A stretch of DNA of 64,000 bases from Saprospiraceae bacterium. GTDB taxonomy: Bacteria; Bacteroidota; Bacteroidia; Chitinophagales; Saprospiraceae. Within the stretch, counting starts at the first letter, position 1. Each line of letters begins with the position of its first letter. Below are positions 18,466-29,322 of this stretch, piece by piece. Position numbers and translations under genes: made by a program. The notes under the pieces were generated by a model, which was given only the letters and a program-made list of their open reading frames with translations, ran no database searches and was not told the DNA's origin. The stretch lies in assembly GCA_041746735.1 (NCBI GenBank), contig JBGTGP010000051.1:56434-120433 (forward strand), read 5' to 3'.

Positions 18466-19752
18466 TTGATACATTTTGAAAAACACATCCTGGACAATGG
18501 CCTGACGGTACTGATCCACCAGGATCTTCATACACCGCTGGTGACCACCAATGTGCTGTATAAAGTCGGTTCCAGAGATGAATCGCCGGAACGAACCGGG
18601 TTCGCCCACTTGTTTGAACACCTCATGTTTGGGGGTTCAAAACATGCGGAATCCTTTGATGACATCATCCAGTTGGCAGGTGGTGAGTGTAATGCTTACA
18701 CCAATGCTGATATCACCAATTTCTACAATACCCTTCCGGCCGTCAATCTGGACACCGCACTATGGCTGGAAGCGGACCGAATGCAGTTTCTGAATATCAA
18801 CCAAAAGACACTCAGTACCCAGCAGCAGGTCGTCATTGAAGAGTTTAAAGAAACCTGTATCAATCAGCCGTATGGATTGGTCTGGCATAAACTGGCGGAT
18901 CTGTGTTACAAATTGCATCCGTACCGATGGCCGACCATTGGACTCCGAATGGAGCATATAGCAGAGGCTGAGCTCCGTGATGTTCAATCCTTTTATAGCA
19001 CCTATTATGGGCCTAACAACGCCATTCTTTCCATCGCAGGGCCTATTGATCCGAAGGTGGTTTTAGAAATGGTACAGCACAGATTCGGGTCCATTCCTTC
19101 CCGCCCGGTGACCCGTTTGCACCGTCTTACAGAGGTTGATCAAACGGCATCCAGGGTCCTGACCGACGAAGGAAAATATCCCTCTTCGGTGCTCTACCTG
19201 GCCTGGCTGATGGATGGTCGTAATGGACCAGACTATTATGCATTTGATCTGGTCAGTGATGTGATGAGTCTGGGCCGGTCCGCTATTTTTTACCAGCGAA
19301 TGGTGAAAGAATTGAAGGTGTGTGCGCATATGGATGCCTATATCACCGGTGCTGAAGACCAGGGTTTATTTATCCTGGAGCTGCGACCCGCTGCATCGAT
19401 CCCCATGGACGTTATGGAGGGACATCTTTGGGATGAACTCAAAAAATTGCAACAAGAAGACATACCGGAAAGTGTATTGCAAAAATTGAAAAATAAAAAT
19501 GAAAGTACTGTATGCTTCAGCAATGTCAGTGCCTCGCACAAGTCTACTAATCTCGGCTATTATGAAAGTCTGGGTGACGCTAACCTTATCAATACCGAAG
19601 CGGATCGAATCGCGGAACTCACGGCTCCTGATATCCGCCGTGCAGCTTGCCACCTGCGTCAAGACAATGTAAATATCCTCAGACTTATAGGGCAACAAAG
19701 CGAAGGAAGCCTTGTGTTGCAACCTGAGGTGGACGAAGATGAGGATGAATAA
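18466..19752 (+). CDS. M16 family (pitrilysin/insulinase) zinc peptidase
   Basis: LDNGLTV.., then the inverted zinc motif HLFEH (HxxEH). TTG start is required because the first in-frame ATG (18625) lies after the zinc motif. Confidence 0.85.
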   Translation: MIHFEKHILDNGLTVLIHQDLHTPLVTTNVLYKVGSRDESPERTGFAHLFEHLMFGGSKHAESFDDIIQLAGGECNAYTNADITNFYNTLPAVNLDTALWLEADRMQFLNINQKTLSTQQQVVIEEFKETCINQPYGLVWHKLADLCYKLHPYRWPTIGLRMEHIAEAELRDVQSFYSTYYGPNNAILSIAGPIDPKVVLEMVQHRFGSIPSRPVTRLHRLTEVDQTASRVLTDEGKYPSSVLYLAWLMDGRNGPDYYAFDLVSDVMSLGRSAIFYQRMVKELKVCAHMDAYITGAEDQGLFILELRPAASIPMDVMEGHLWDELKKLQQEDIPESVLQKLKNKNESTVCFSNVSASHKSTNLGYYESLGDANLINTEADRIAELTAPDIRRAACHLRQDNVNILRLIGQQSEGSLVLQPEVDEDEDE

Positions 19753-19761
19753 AACTGGCCT

Positions 19762-22671
19762 TTAATAGCGAAATTGTAGACCGTCCATCAGATTGAGCGG
19801 ATGGAAGAGTTTGAAATTGGCCATAAATGAAATGCGTTCGAACCATCTGTCCCGAATGACATAAGAAAGGCTTTCACGAATGTCACGGCTCTCCAGAAAC
19901 GGTATAAAAACTTCAAACACATCTTTCATCAATACGACCGAAACACCACCGCTATAACTCAGTTGGGTGGTTTGGGTAATAATCGAGGGATACACCGCTG
20001 CATCCAGATAAAAATGGATCACTTTGAAAGGGAGTGCTGAGCTGGCCCCTCCACCGAACATCCATTGATCACCAATACCGATTGTCGACAGCGTCTTCAA
20101 CCCTGCATCCCGCATAAAGACCTGCCTGGAAAAAAGACCACTGACAGCATTCCGGCCGCCGAGCCATTCATCAAACATATAGTCGCGCGCAAAAAATCCG
20201 CTGGATGCCATACCATTAATGGACAATATGGTATTCGCCGCCGGCTGGTCAAAGACCGGGAGCCAACCGCCATATCCGTGTACCCAAATACCGCGCATTC
20301 TATCCTTTCCAACAAAATGCTGCCGGTAATGAAGGTTCAGTCTTACAAAGCCCTGGCCGGCCTGGACATTTGCCCTGGCCGAATACGGTCGTAGTGCATG
20401 ATCAGAGCGTCGGTGAAACGCGAGCTCGTGCACACCATAGGTGCGGGAATCCATCGTGAAGACGTACTGATCGTAATTGATCCCCCGGCCGTACTCCTGC
20501 CCGATATGGACATATCTATAGCTTAGCCACTGATGGATCAAGGGCGAACGTAAAGAAGGTTTGAACCGTAAAGCCAATGCAGGTGACAGGCGCGTATAGC
20601 TATCTCTGAACTGGTAATGCGTGTCGACGTTATATCCAAAGCGCGAGGCACTAAAAGACAAGAGCAGTTTGTCAAATGACCGGCCCTGGAGATCACCGAT
20701 GTACCGGAATTCACCTACCCCTCGAAGTGATTTGCTTTCAAGCCCATACATAGGCGCCAGCAGGAATTTGAGGCGCTGCTGCGGAAATATTCCTGACATG
20801 ACAGCGAGGCCAGGCATGAGGCCATCCGTCACATTATTTCCAAAAAAGGGTGTGGCAGATACCTGCCAGACACCGTAGCTTCCCACTTTTGGGATTAGTG
20901 AAAAGCGAGGAAAGAAAGGCCGTGGTAAAACCTGTCTACCCCACAACGTATTGACGCCTTCCAGCCCTTCGTACAGGCGGATAGCGTCCGCTTTGAAATC
21001 AAGATGGATGATCTTTCGACCTACAAATGCCGGAATCCAGTGATCCCTGACTTTCGTTCCTTTTTTAAACGTAGAAAGTTTGAGCGGCACCATGACCTCA
21101 CCATGATTTTCGAGCGTCACTTCCTTCTTGGATGGTCGAAGCCGGGATGCTCTGTAATCATTTTTATGGGCGTGGTGAATCCACTGGTCAAAAAACCAGC
21201 CAAGATCACATTCACAGGACCCTTCAAAGGATTGCCTGAGCAACTCAGGTGTGACATGGGTAAAGGCATGTGCATCGAAATAGTCACGATACATACGCTT
21301 CATCTTTTCAGCCCCCAGCATCTCCTGCATCATCACCAGTCCAAGGGATGGAAGGTGATAGGCGCTCATAGCGTACTGTTCCCCGGACTGGAATTCAGGA
21401 AGCGTCGCTGGAGGTTGTAAGGTGCCTTGCCTGCGCATAAAGTGCAACATCGCCGCCGATTGTGACATGGATATCCGACTATCCAGTATCTCGGGAAGGA
21501 ATTGGTCCCGATACGAGGGCTGAAAAAGGGCCATGTATTGTGCTTCCAGAAATGTATTCAGGCCTTCATCAAGCCACGGGTGTGCGCGTTCGTCATTGGC
21601 CAAAATGCCATACAACCAGGTGTGTCCGATCTCGTGTGCAATGGCCAGATCCAATAGAGCAGTATCCCCTGTGTGACTGATCTGAGCTAACATCGGATAT
21701 TCCATAAAACCGGCCCTACTGCCGGGTGTATGAACGATGGACATCCGGGGGTACGGGTACGTTCCGAGCCAGTCGCTATAAAAACGAAGCGCCCGTTCGG
21801 CATACACCGATGCACGTTGCCAGACATGTTGGTAGGCTGTATCCGTGTACACGTGAAGCTCAGTCGTATGGCCTTCCGGCAACCCTACCGTATACCAGTC
21901 ATGCCTGAATGTTGGACTGGCAAACCAGGCAAAATCAATAACCTGTTGTGCCGAGAAGGTCCACACCGTCTTTTTCTCTTCCTGTCGGGCATGCGTCATA
22001 ACACCTGTAGCGGCTACAATATAATCGGGAGGTGTATGCACCTCCACCTCAAAATCAGCAAAATCATTGAAATACTCCCCGCTATCCAGATAGGGCATTG
22101 GGTTCCATCCTTGCTCGTTGTGGACGGCCAGGTGCGGAAACCATTGCGTCAGTTGATACGTGTTTCCTGCGCGACCCAGTCTCGAAAATGATTGAGGGAT
22201 TTTCAGGACGAAGTCACAATGAATCTTTATAGATGCACCAGGTAAAAGTGGTTCAGTCAAATTCAACCACCCAATATCCAGATGATTGGTATCAATTGAA
22301 AAAAAAACCGGCTGATCAGGTGCCTCAAAACGGAGTTTATCAAAACCGCCGAGTTGCTCTTTTCGGGCGTTGTGAAATTCAATACGACCTTGTCGGAGCA
22401 TTTGGCGGCCCATTGCGGTGTTTTTGCGGCTGTAGGCATTGGGCCAAAGGTGGATCGCCAACTTGTCCATTGAGATAGTAGAACGATTGGTATAAGATAT
22501 GTCCATGGTTCCGGACAACGTATGTTGCGCCGTATCTAAAGTGACCAGAATAGCATAAAATGGACGCTGGGCTAACGATACCAGAGAAATCGAGAAGACA
22601 AAAGAAAACAATATCAGATATCGTAGCGCCCTCCTGACAAACCAGGATTCCGCGGCAAGGTGTAATGGCAT
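19762..22671 (-). CDS. large M1-family (gluzincin) metallopeptidase-like protein, secreted/membrane-associated
   Basis: IAHEIGHTWLYG (HExxH) followed by WLDEGLNTFLE (third zinc-ligand Glu). N-terminal signal/anchor. Long C-terminal extension of unknown type. Confidence 0.75.
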   Translation of the reverse strand: MPLHLAAESWFVRRALRYLILFSFVFSISLVSLAQRPFYAILVTLDTAQHTLSGTMDISYTNRSTISMDKLAIHLWPNAYSRKNTAMGRQMLRQGRIEFHNARKEQLGGFDKLRFEAPDQPVFFSIDTNHLDIGWLNLTEPLLPGASIKIHCDFVLKIPQSFSRLGRAGNTYQLTQWFPHLAVHNEQGWNPMPYLDSGEYFNDFADFEVEVHTPPDYIVAATGVMTHARQEEKKTVWTFSAQQVIDFAWFASPTFRHDWYTVGLPEGHTTELHVYTDTAYQHVWQRASVYAERALRFYSDWLGTYPYPRMSIVHTPGSRAGFMEYPMLAQISHTGDTALLDLAIAHEIGHTWLYGILANDERAHPWLDEGLNTFLEAQYMALFQPSYRDQFLPEILDSRISMSQSAAMLHFMRRQGTLQPPATLPEFQSGEQYAMSAYHLPSLGLVMMQEMLGAEKMKRMYRDYFDAHAFTHVTPELLRQSFEGSCECDLGWFFDQWIHHAHKNDYRASRLRPSKKEVTLENHGEVMVPLKLSTFKKGTKVRDHWIPAFVGRKIIHLDFKADAIRLYEGLEGVNTLWGRQVLPRPFFPRFSLIPKVGSYGVWQVSATPFFGNNVTDGLMPGLAVMSGIFPQQRLKFLLAPMYGLESKSLRGVGEFRYIGDLQGRSFDKLLLSFSASRFGYNVDTHYQFRDSYTRLSPALALRFKPSLRSPLIHQWLSYRYVHIGQEYGRGINYDQYVFTMDSRTYGVHELAFHRRSDHALRPYSARANVQAGQGFVRLNLHYRQHFVGKDRMRGIWVHGYGGWLPVFDQPAANTILSINGMASSGFFARDYMFDEWLGGRNAVSGLFSRQVFMRDAGLKTLSTIGIGDQWMFGGGASSALPFKVIHFYLDAAVYPSIITQTTQLSYSGGVSVVLMKDVFEVFIPFLESRDIRESLSYVIRDRWFERISFMANFKLFHPLNLMDGLQFRY

Positions 22672-22773
22672 GTTTCAAAAATAGGAAAATCATGGTGGCT
22701 AGACCGTACGCATTTCCGGAAGCCCAAAAAGTGGAATCAAAGATTTTATACACCTTGCAGAAAAAATAGCGGA

Positions 22774-23583
22774 ATGACCGAACGACTCCTGCCTGTGCTT
22801 CGGGAAGCTTCTCAAGCCATCCTCGAAATTTATGCTGACGAAGACCGGTTTCAGACTGAGGTAAAAGGCGACCAGAGTCCGCTGACGGCAGCCGACCGGC
22901 GTTCCAACGAAATCATCTGTGCCGCGCTGGCCGATCTGTATCCCGGTATCCCTGTCATCTCTGAGGAGACACGTCAGGTGCCGTATGCGCAACGTGCTGG
23001 TTTCCCGCGTTTTTTTCTGGTCGATCCTTTGGATGGTACAAAGGAGTTTATTAAACGAAATGGTGAGTTTACCATCAACATTGCCTACGTAGAAGGCCAG
23101 TCTCCGGTAGGCGGATATGTGTATGTACCATGCTCTGGTTTGGCGTATGTTGCCCAGCGGGGTCTCGGGGCGTACCGTGTGCAGGATGATGGCCGCCGGG
23201 AAATGCTGAAGTCAAGACCTTTTTTTCTCCATGATGCCGCACTCCGGGTTGTGGCTTCCAGAAGTCACCGGGATCCGTTGACGGAAAGAATGATCTCTCT
23301 GCTCCTGGAACCTGAGATTGTCGCCACGGGAAGCTCCTTGAAATTTTTACGTATTGCTGAAGCTGAGGCTGACTTTTATCCACGCCTTGCACCCACGATG
23401 GAGTGGGATACGGCGGCTGCGCAATGCATCTTGGAGGAATCCGGAGGCAGCATCGTTCATTTTGAGCGCTTGGTTCCGCTGGTATACAACAAGCCGGATT
23501 TACTTAATCCTAACTTTATTGCTATGGGGGCTTTGCTGGATCCGGAATCGCTTGCCGCGATGGCAGAGGCGATACGTACATGA
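22774..23583 (+). CDS. cysQ: 3'(2'),5'-bisphosphate nucleotidase CysQ
   Basis: Inositol monophosphatase fold motifs SEE..., VDPLDGTKEF, WDTAA. Confidence 0.85.
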   Translation: MTERLLPVLREASQAILEIYADEDRFQTEVKGDQSPLTAADRRSNEIICAALADLYPGIPVISEETRQVPYAQRAGFPRFFLVDPLDGTKEFIKRNGEFTINIAYVEGQSPVGGYVYVPCSGLAYVAQRGLGAYRVQDDGRREMLKSRPFFLHDAALRVVASRSHRDPLTERMISLLLEPEIVATGSSLKFLRIAEAEADFYPRLAPTMEWDTAAAQCILEESGGSIVHFERLVPLVYNKPDLLNPNFIAMGALLDPESLAAMAEAIRT

Positions 23584-23693
23584 ACAGTCCTATACCTTTC
23601 CGGAGCGGAAGTACGGTAGAAGTTCATATTAAATAAAATCGGCATACGTTTTGCAGGATACATCCTGTATCTAAAACCGTAAACCGTATCTAC

Positions 23694-24191
23694 ATGCGCC
23701 ACGTGACGTCAAAGCTCATGCTATGTCTGAGCCTTTGTACCCTATTCTGCTGCTCCCCCAAACCCTTCACTGCCGTGATGGTCCGGCCGGCATCCTGTTC
23801 GGATCAGGTTCAATTTGCTGAAGCGGCTTCCATGGGACATCTGCTATCTTTTGCGGATAAAATGCACAAGCCGGTGTTCCTTTATTTCTGTGTGCCTTGG
23901 GTTGAGCCCTGCAAGCGGATGGAACAGTACGTATTTACCCAAAACGAAATGGCGTCGTATTATAACCGGAACTTCATCAACTACAAGGTGAATGTGGAAG
24001 GTAGCCATGCTGCATCAGACCTGGCCAACAAGTTTGGAGTGACTTCCTTTCCTACCATGGTGTATGTCGATGGTAAAGGCAAAGTCATGCGTCGGCATAC
24101 GGGCCCGGCGACTGCAGCGCAATTGCTGGAGATAGGTTATTTTCTACACGAAGCCGTCGAGAAAGAATATCTGACCCTTGGAGGCAGGTGA
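23694..24191 (+). CDS. thioredoxin-fold lipoprotein
   Basis: Lipobox LFCCS. VFLYFCVPWVEPCK (degenerate CxxC-type site) and FGVTSFPTMVYVD, typical of the thioredoxin fold. Confidence 0.6.
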   Translation: MRHVTSKLMLCLSLCTLFCCSPKPFTAVMVRPASCSDQVQFAEAASMGHLLSFADKMHKPVFLYFCVPWVEPCKRMEQYVFTQNEMASYYNRNFINYKVNVEGSHAASDLANKFGVTSFPTMVYVDGKGKVMRRHTGPATAAQLLEIGYFLHEAVEKEYLTLGGR

Positions 24192-24289
24192 CGGTGTTGT
24201 CTTAACCTGATGATATGAGTCAACCTTACACTACACGTAGGACTATGCATTGCGGGTCTAATGGCTTTTCTTACGTGATCCATACTCCA

Positions 24290-26110
24290 TCAGGATTCCT
24301 CCGGCGTTGAGCCTGATCGAAGTGCCGCTATGATACGTGTTGCAGCGGATGGTCCGGCGACCTTGACGATCTCCTCTTCAGGGGCTTCCCTTAATTTCTT
24401 TACGGATCCAAAATGCTTAAGGAGTTTAGTAGCCGTCTTGTCCCCTATTCCCTTGATCTCCGTAAGGCCGGTTTTGGTGAGAGATTTACTACGGGCATTC
24501 CGATGAAAGGTGATGGCAAAACGATGCGCTTCATTCCGTATCTGCTGTATCAGTCGCAATGATTCTGATTTCTTGTCAATATAGAGCGGAATCGTATCTC
24601 CCGGAAAATATATTTCCTCCAGTTTTTTGGCAATGCCAATGACCGTCAACCGATCCCGAATCCCGAGGGCATCAATCGCTTCCATCGCCGCACTCAATTG
24701 ACCTTTTCCACCATCAATGACCACGAGGTCCGGAAGGTTTACATTCTCATCCAGCATTCGCTTATATCGCCGTTCGACGATCTCCCGCATAGAGGCAAAG
24801 TCATCTGGTCCTTCGACCGTTTTGATATGGAAATGCCGATAATCCCTTTTGGCCGGTCGTGCGTTTTTGAAAACAACACAGGAGGCCACCGGATGTGAGC
24901 CCTGAATATTACTATTGTCAAAACATTCGATATGCAATGCAGGACGGTCCATCCGCAGATCCTGTTGCAGCCGGCCCAGAATTCTTTCCGCCGGAGTTTG
25001 CTTCTGCACATGGCGAAGTTTGTCTTTCTGTTTTTGAAGCAGAAAATACCTGACATTCTTTAGAGAAAGATCAAGCAACTCCTTCTTTTCACCGCGCTGC
25101 GGAATGGTCTGGCTAACTCCCTGTTCGACCAGTTCGACATGATACGGCACTACGATCTCCTCGGTGATACTATTAAATTTCTCACGCAGCCGATCGATCG
25201 TGTAGGCCAGCAATTCTGGTTCATCCTGATTGAGATTCTTTTGCAACTCCTGCGTATAGCTGTTGATAATAGCTCCCTGCACCACCTTCAGATAGTTGAC
25301 ATACGCGTATGTATCATCCGTGGCGATGCTAAAGACATCAAGGTCTCGCTCCAGGTGGCTGACCACGGTTGACCTGGATTGATAGTCTTCAAAAAGGGTC
25401 AGTTTCTCTTTGATCTGTTGAGCTTTTTCAAATTCCATTTCCAGGGCATGGTGGTCCATACGTGACTTCAGATGGAGGATGACATCCCGAAAATGTCCCT
25501 TTAAGATATTGCGGACCTGGTCAATACGGGTATTGTAGGCATCTTCGCTTTCGAATCCTTCGCAGGGTCCCAGACAATTTTTGATATGATACTCCAGGCA
25601 TACCTTGTATTTTTTTGCCGCTATGGGTTGAGGATTGAGCAAGAGCGTGCAGGTTCGCAGCGGGAAAATTTTCTTTACGATCTCCAGAATCTCTTTCACT
25701 CTGGCTTTGGAGGTATAGGGTCCAAAATAGGTCGATCCATCCCGGATCACTCTGCGGGTCAGGAAGACACGGGGAAACCGTTCGTTTTTAATGCAGATAA
25801 ACGTATATGACTTGTCGTCCTTCAGGTTGACATTATAGCGGGGCTGTAGCTGTTTGATGAGCGTATTCTCCAGCAATAAAGCATCTTGTTCGCTTTCCAC
25901 GATCGTGAACTCGAAATGGTGTGCATGGCGAACCATCGTCCGGGTTTTGAAATACTGGTGCTTTTTATCCCCGAAATAGGAGGCGAGGCGATGGCGCAAA
26001 CTTTTGGCTTTGCCGACATAAATGACCTTGCCTTCTTCGTTGAGGAAGCGATATACTCCTGGACCTTTCGGAATGGAATCTGATACTGCCTTGTAATCGT
26101 CATCCGTCAT
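24290..26110 (-). CDS. uvrC: excinuclease ABC subunit C
   Basis: GIY-YIG N-terminus (GVYRF..GKVIYVGKAKSLRHR), UvrBC-interaction region, RNase H-like endonuclease and C-terminal (HhH)2. Confidence 0.95.
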   Translation of the reverse strand: MTDDDYKAVSDSIPKGPGVYRFLNEEGKVIYVGKAKSLRHRLASYFGDKKHQYFKTRTMVRHAHHFEFTIVESEQDALLLENTLIKQLQPRYNVNLKDDKSYTFICIKNERFPRVFLTRRVIRDGSTYFGPYTSKARVKEILEIVKKIFPLRTCTLLLNPQPIAAKKYKVCLEYHIKNCLGPCEGFESEDAYNTRIDQVRNILKGHFRDVILHLKSRMDHHALEMEFEKAQQIKEKLTLFEDYQSRSTVVSHLERDLDVFSIATDDTYAYVNYLKVVQGAIINSYTQELQKNLNQDEPELLAYTIDRLREKFNSITEEIVVPYHVELVEQGVSQTIPQRGEKKELLDLSLKNVRYFLLQKQKDKLRHVQKQTPAERILGRLQQDLRMDRPALHIECFDNSNIQGSHPVASCVVFKNARPAKRDYRHFHIKTVEGPDDFASMREIVERRYKRMLDENVNLPDLVVIDGGKGQLSAAMEAIDALGIRDRLTVIGIAKKLEEIYFPGDTIPLYIDKKSESLRLIQQIRNEAHRFAITFHRNARSKSLTKTGLTEIKGIGDKTATKLLKHFGSVKKLREAPEEEIVKVAGPSAATRIIAALRSGSTPEES

Positions 26111-26490
26111 ATATCGGTAAACTCATCTGCGATCATACCTTTGAGGAGATACTCAGCAGAGGCCGGATTGGTGGCCAGCGGAAGATTATGTACATCGCAC
26201 AGGCGCATGAGCATCTGGACATCAGGTTCATGCGGGTGCTTACCGAGCGGATCGCGAAAGAAAAAAACGAAATCGACCTCTCCGGCAGCGACTTTAGCGC
26301 CAATCTGTGCATCTCCGCCGTGGGGGCCGGAGAGGACCTTGGTGACCTTAAAACCTGCTTTTTCCAAAAAGGTGCCTGTTGTCGCGGTAGCGATGAGTTC
26401 CGTATTGCGAAACAGGTCCTTATGCTGGAGGAGGAAAGACACCAGGTCTGCTTTTTTACCATCATGGGCGATCATCGCGATTCGGAGCAT
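26107..26490 (-). CDS. mgsA: methylglyoxal synthase
   Basis: IAMIAHDGKKADL..ATGTT..SGP.GGD, typical of MgsA. 4-bp overlap with the uvrC start. Confidence 0.9.
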   Translation of the reverse strand: MLRIAMIAHDGKKADLVSFLLQHKDLFRNTELIATATTGTFLEKAGFKVTKVLSGPHGGDAQIGAKVAAGEVDFVFFFRDPLGKHPHEPDVQMLMRLCDVHNLPLATNPASAEYLLKGMIADEFTDI

Positions 26491-26573
26491 AGGCGCAATT
26501 GTTAGTATTTTGTGGGGTAAAGTTCATCAAAAATCAAATTCCCGGCACTATACGGGGACATTTCCCATTCACT

Positions 26574-29321
26574 ATGAAATACATCCTCACCCTTTCGCTT
26601 TTCATGCTTTTCTTCACCGTTTTGCAAGGTCAATCCGGCGCGAAAAAAATATTGGATCATCCCGATTTTCTGATCTGGAATACGCTGCAAGACAGTCGGA
26701 TCTCGGCGGATGGGCGCTATGTGATCTATCGGACTGTGCCGGGAGAAGGTGACGGAAAACTCCGGATCTATGATGCTCTGACGACCATTACCTTTACTCT
26801 GGACCGGGTCAGTAAGGCGGCAATAGATTATGATGGCCGGTATGTATATGGCCTGATCAGCCCTCACCGGGATAGTTTACGCAACCTCGAACGACGTAAG
26901 GTGAATAAAAAAGAATGGCCTTGTGATACACTATTTATTGCCTTGCTGCCTATGCAATCCATCACCCGAATACCTTATGTCAAGGACTATACAGCACCTG
27001 AAAAGCTAGGAGGTTGGTTGTCCTATACCCTGAGTGATCAGGCTTTTCCCGCCGACACGAGCAAGACTAAAAAAAAGACTAAAAAAGATATTGTTCACCT
27101 GATCATTCGTCAACTTACGACAGGAAGGGAAGATACCCTCAGGCATGTATTGGAACATGTTTGGGCGGAAAAAGCACCTGTGCTGGTTGCTGCTACAGGC
27201 GCCAGAGACTCCACCGAAACAGCAGGGGTAGCGTGCTGGGTAGAGCATACCTGGAGGTATATTAAAAGACAAAAGGGCGAGTACACTAAACTATCTCTGG
27301 CACAACCTGGCAATCAGGTTGCTTTTGTAGCACACTTTGACACCACCCAACTACAGGTGAAGCCTTGGGAGTTATTCTATTACGACTTCAAAACTGATTC
27401 CGCGCAATCGATAGCCCGAAAGAACACATCATCCCTGCCTCTCGTCAGTCAGCATAGTGACCTGAGATGGAGTGAGGATGGAAAATACCTGTACTATGGT
27501 CGTGCTGAGATTCCTTACATCAAAGACACTACCCTTTTGTCGGATGAAATCGTGGATGTCGAAGTATGGTCGACAGATGATCCAATACTGTATACGGTGC
27601 AGAATGTCAATAAAAGCAATGAAGAAAAAAGGGCATACACCTTTGTCTATGACACACAGAGTGGACAGCATACCGGTTTGTCAAGTCCGGCCTGGGAAAC
27701 TGTTGTTTTCGGAATAGACCGTAACGGGCGGTATGCTCTGACCTACACCGAGAAGCCTTATCTGAAAGAAGCTACCTGGGAGGGTGAAGTCCGGAAAGAC
27801 CTGGCCAGGGTCGATTTACTGACAGGGGCGGTCATGCCTTTTAGAAAAGGACTATACACCCATCCACGTATTTCACCCGCCGGGACCTATGCCTATGGAT
27901 ACAGTGTAGCGGACAGTACATGGTGGGTGTGCAACCTGGCTACAGGAACTTTGCGATGGATGGACCGAAAAGGACGCAACGGTTTTTCAGACGAACAATT
28001 TGATATGCCGTCCCATCCCCATTCTTATGGATTGGCCGGATGGATACAAGCAGACCAGTCTTTAATCGTGTATGACCGATATGATCTATGGGCCTGGTCA
28101 CCTGAACAAAGTGCTGATCCCGTTGCTCTGACAAATGGCCGGAGTAGGCAGCAAATATACCGGTATGTCAGAACGAATCCGGAAGAACGATACCTGTCAC
28201 CTACTGACCCCTGGTTGATCCATGTCAGGGATGACATCAGTAAGTCCAGTGGGTATACCTGGTTTAGACCATCATCCATGACGCTGGATGAGCCTATCAC
28301 TGCGCCGTATGAATACAGCCGTCAGGTCACCCGTGCCCGAAATGCGGAGAGTTGGCTCTTTCAAAAAGAAAATTTTGAGACCTTTCCGGACTTGCGTCTG
28401 TCTACAGATGCTTTTCAAACAGACCGACAGATCTCTGAGGTCAATCCGCAACAAAAGGATTATGCATGGGGTAGTATCCGGCTGTATCACTGGAAAGACT
28501 GGCAGGATCAAATGCGTACAGGATTGCTGGTGTTACCGCCCGGATATGATACGCTACGGAGTTATCCGATGATCGTCAACTTTTATGAGCGGTCTTCTGA
28601 CAACCTGCACAGTCACCCTACCCCGGTACCGCACAGATCGACGATCAATTATGCGTTTTATGCCAGCAGAGGCTATGTCATCTTTAACCCGGATATCGAA
28701 TATCGAACAGAAATGCCAGGCGAGAGTGCCTATCAGATCGTCATGTCCGGCACTACGAGTCTGGTTCGAGACCGGATAGCCGATCCGGAAAACATGGCCT
28801 TGCAAGGGCATTCCTGGGGTGGATATCAGATCGCCTATATTGTCACCCGAACTCCAATGTTCAAATGTGCGGCAGCTGGTGCGGCAGTGGTGAATATGAC
28901 CAGTGCGTATGGTGGTATTCGTTGGGGAACGGGTATGGCTCGAATGTTTCAGTACGAGAAAAGCCAGAGTCGTTTGGGGAAGTCACTTTGGCAGGACCAG
29001 AATATATATCTTCAAAATTCGCCGCTTTTCAAAGCAAATAAAATCGAAACGCCACTCTTGCTGATGCACAACGATGAGGATGCGGCGGTACCCTTTGAGC
29101 AGGCCATTGAGTTTTATCTGGCGCTTCGCCGACTGGATAAAAAGGCATGGCTCCTCAATTACCGGGGTGAACCTCACTGGCCGGTCAAGTGGCATAACCG
29201 AAAAGATTTTCAGTTGCGTATGAGTCAGTTTTTCGACCACTACCTGATGGGAAAGCCCATGCCGGAATGGATGGCTAAAGGGGTTCCTGCTGTGGCAAGG
29301 GGCATCAAATCGGGATTGTAA
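26574..29321 (+). CDS. S9 family serine peptidase (prolyl oligopeptidase/DPP-like) with long N-terminal beta-propeller region
   Basis: Catalytic GHSWGGY (GxSxGG), HNDEDAAVP (Asp) and GEPHW (His). Signal peptide begins at ATG 26574, so the start was moved from 26499. Confidence 0.85.
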   Translation: MKYILTLSLFMLFFTVLQGQSGAKKILDHPDFLIWNTLQDSRISADGRYVIYRTVPGEGDGKLRIYDALTTITFTLDRVSKAAIDYDGRYVYGLISPHRDSLRNLERRKVNKKEWPCDTLFIALLPMQSITRIPYVKDYTAPEKLGGWLSYTLSDQAFPADTSKTKKKTKKDIVHLIIRQLTTGREDTLRHVLEHVWAEKAPVLVAATGARDSTETAGVACWVEHTWRYIKRQKGEYTKLSLAQPGNQVAFVAHFDTTQLQVKPWELFYYDFKTDSAQSIARKNTSSLPLVSQHSDLRWSEDGKYLYYGRAEIPYIKDTTLLSDEIVDVEVWSTDDPILYTVQNVNKSNEEKRAYTFVYDTQSGQHTGLSSPAWETVVFGIDRNGRYALTYTEKPYLKEATWEGEVRKDLARVDLLTGAVMPFRKGLYTHPRISPAGTYAYGYSVADSTWWVCNLATGTLRWMDRKGRNGFSDEQFDMPSHPHSYGLAGWIQADQSLIVYDRYDLWAWSPEQSADPVALTNGRSRQQIYRYVRTNPEERYLSPTDPWLIHVRDDISKSSGYTWFRPSSMTLDEPITAPYEYSRQVTRARNAESWLFQKENFETFPDLRLSTDAFQTDRQISEVNPQQKDYAWGSIRLYHWKDWQDQMRTGLLVLPPGYDTLRSYPMIVNFYERSSDNLHSHPTPVPHRSTINYAFYASRGYVIFNPDIEYRTEMPGESAYQIVMSGTTSLVRDRIADPENMALQGHSWGGYQIAYIVTRTPMFKCAAAGAAVVNMTSAYGGIRWGTGMARMFQYEKSQSRLGKSLWQDQNIYLQNSPLFKANKIETPLLLMHNDEDAAVPFEQAIEFYLALRRLDKKAWLLNYRGEPHWPVKWHNRKDFQLRMSQFFDHYLMGKPMPEWMAKGVPAVARGIKSGL

Positions 29322-29322
29322 C

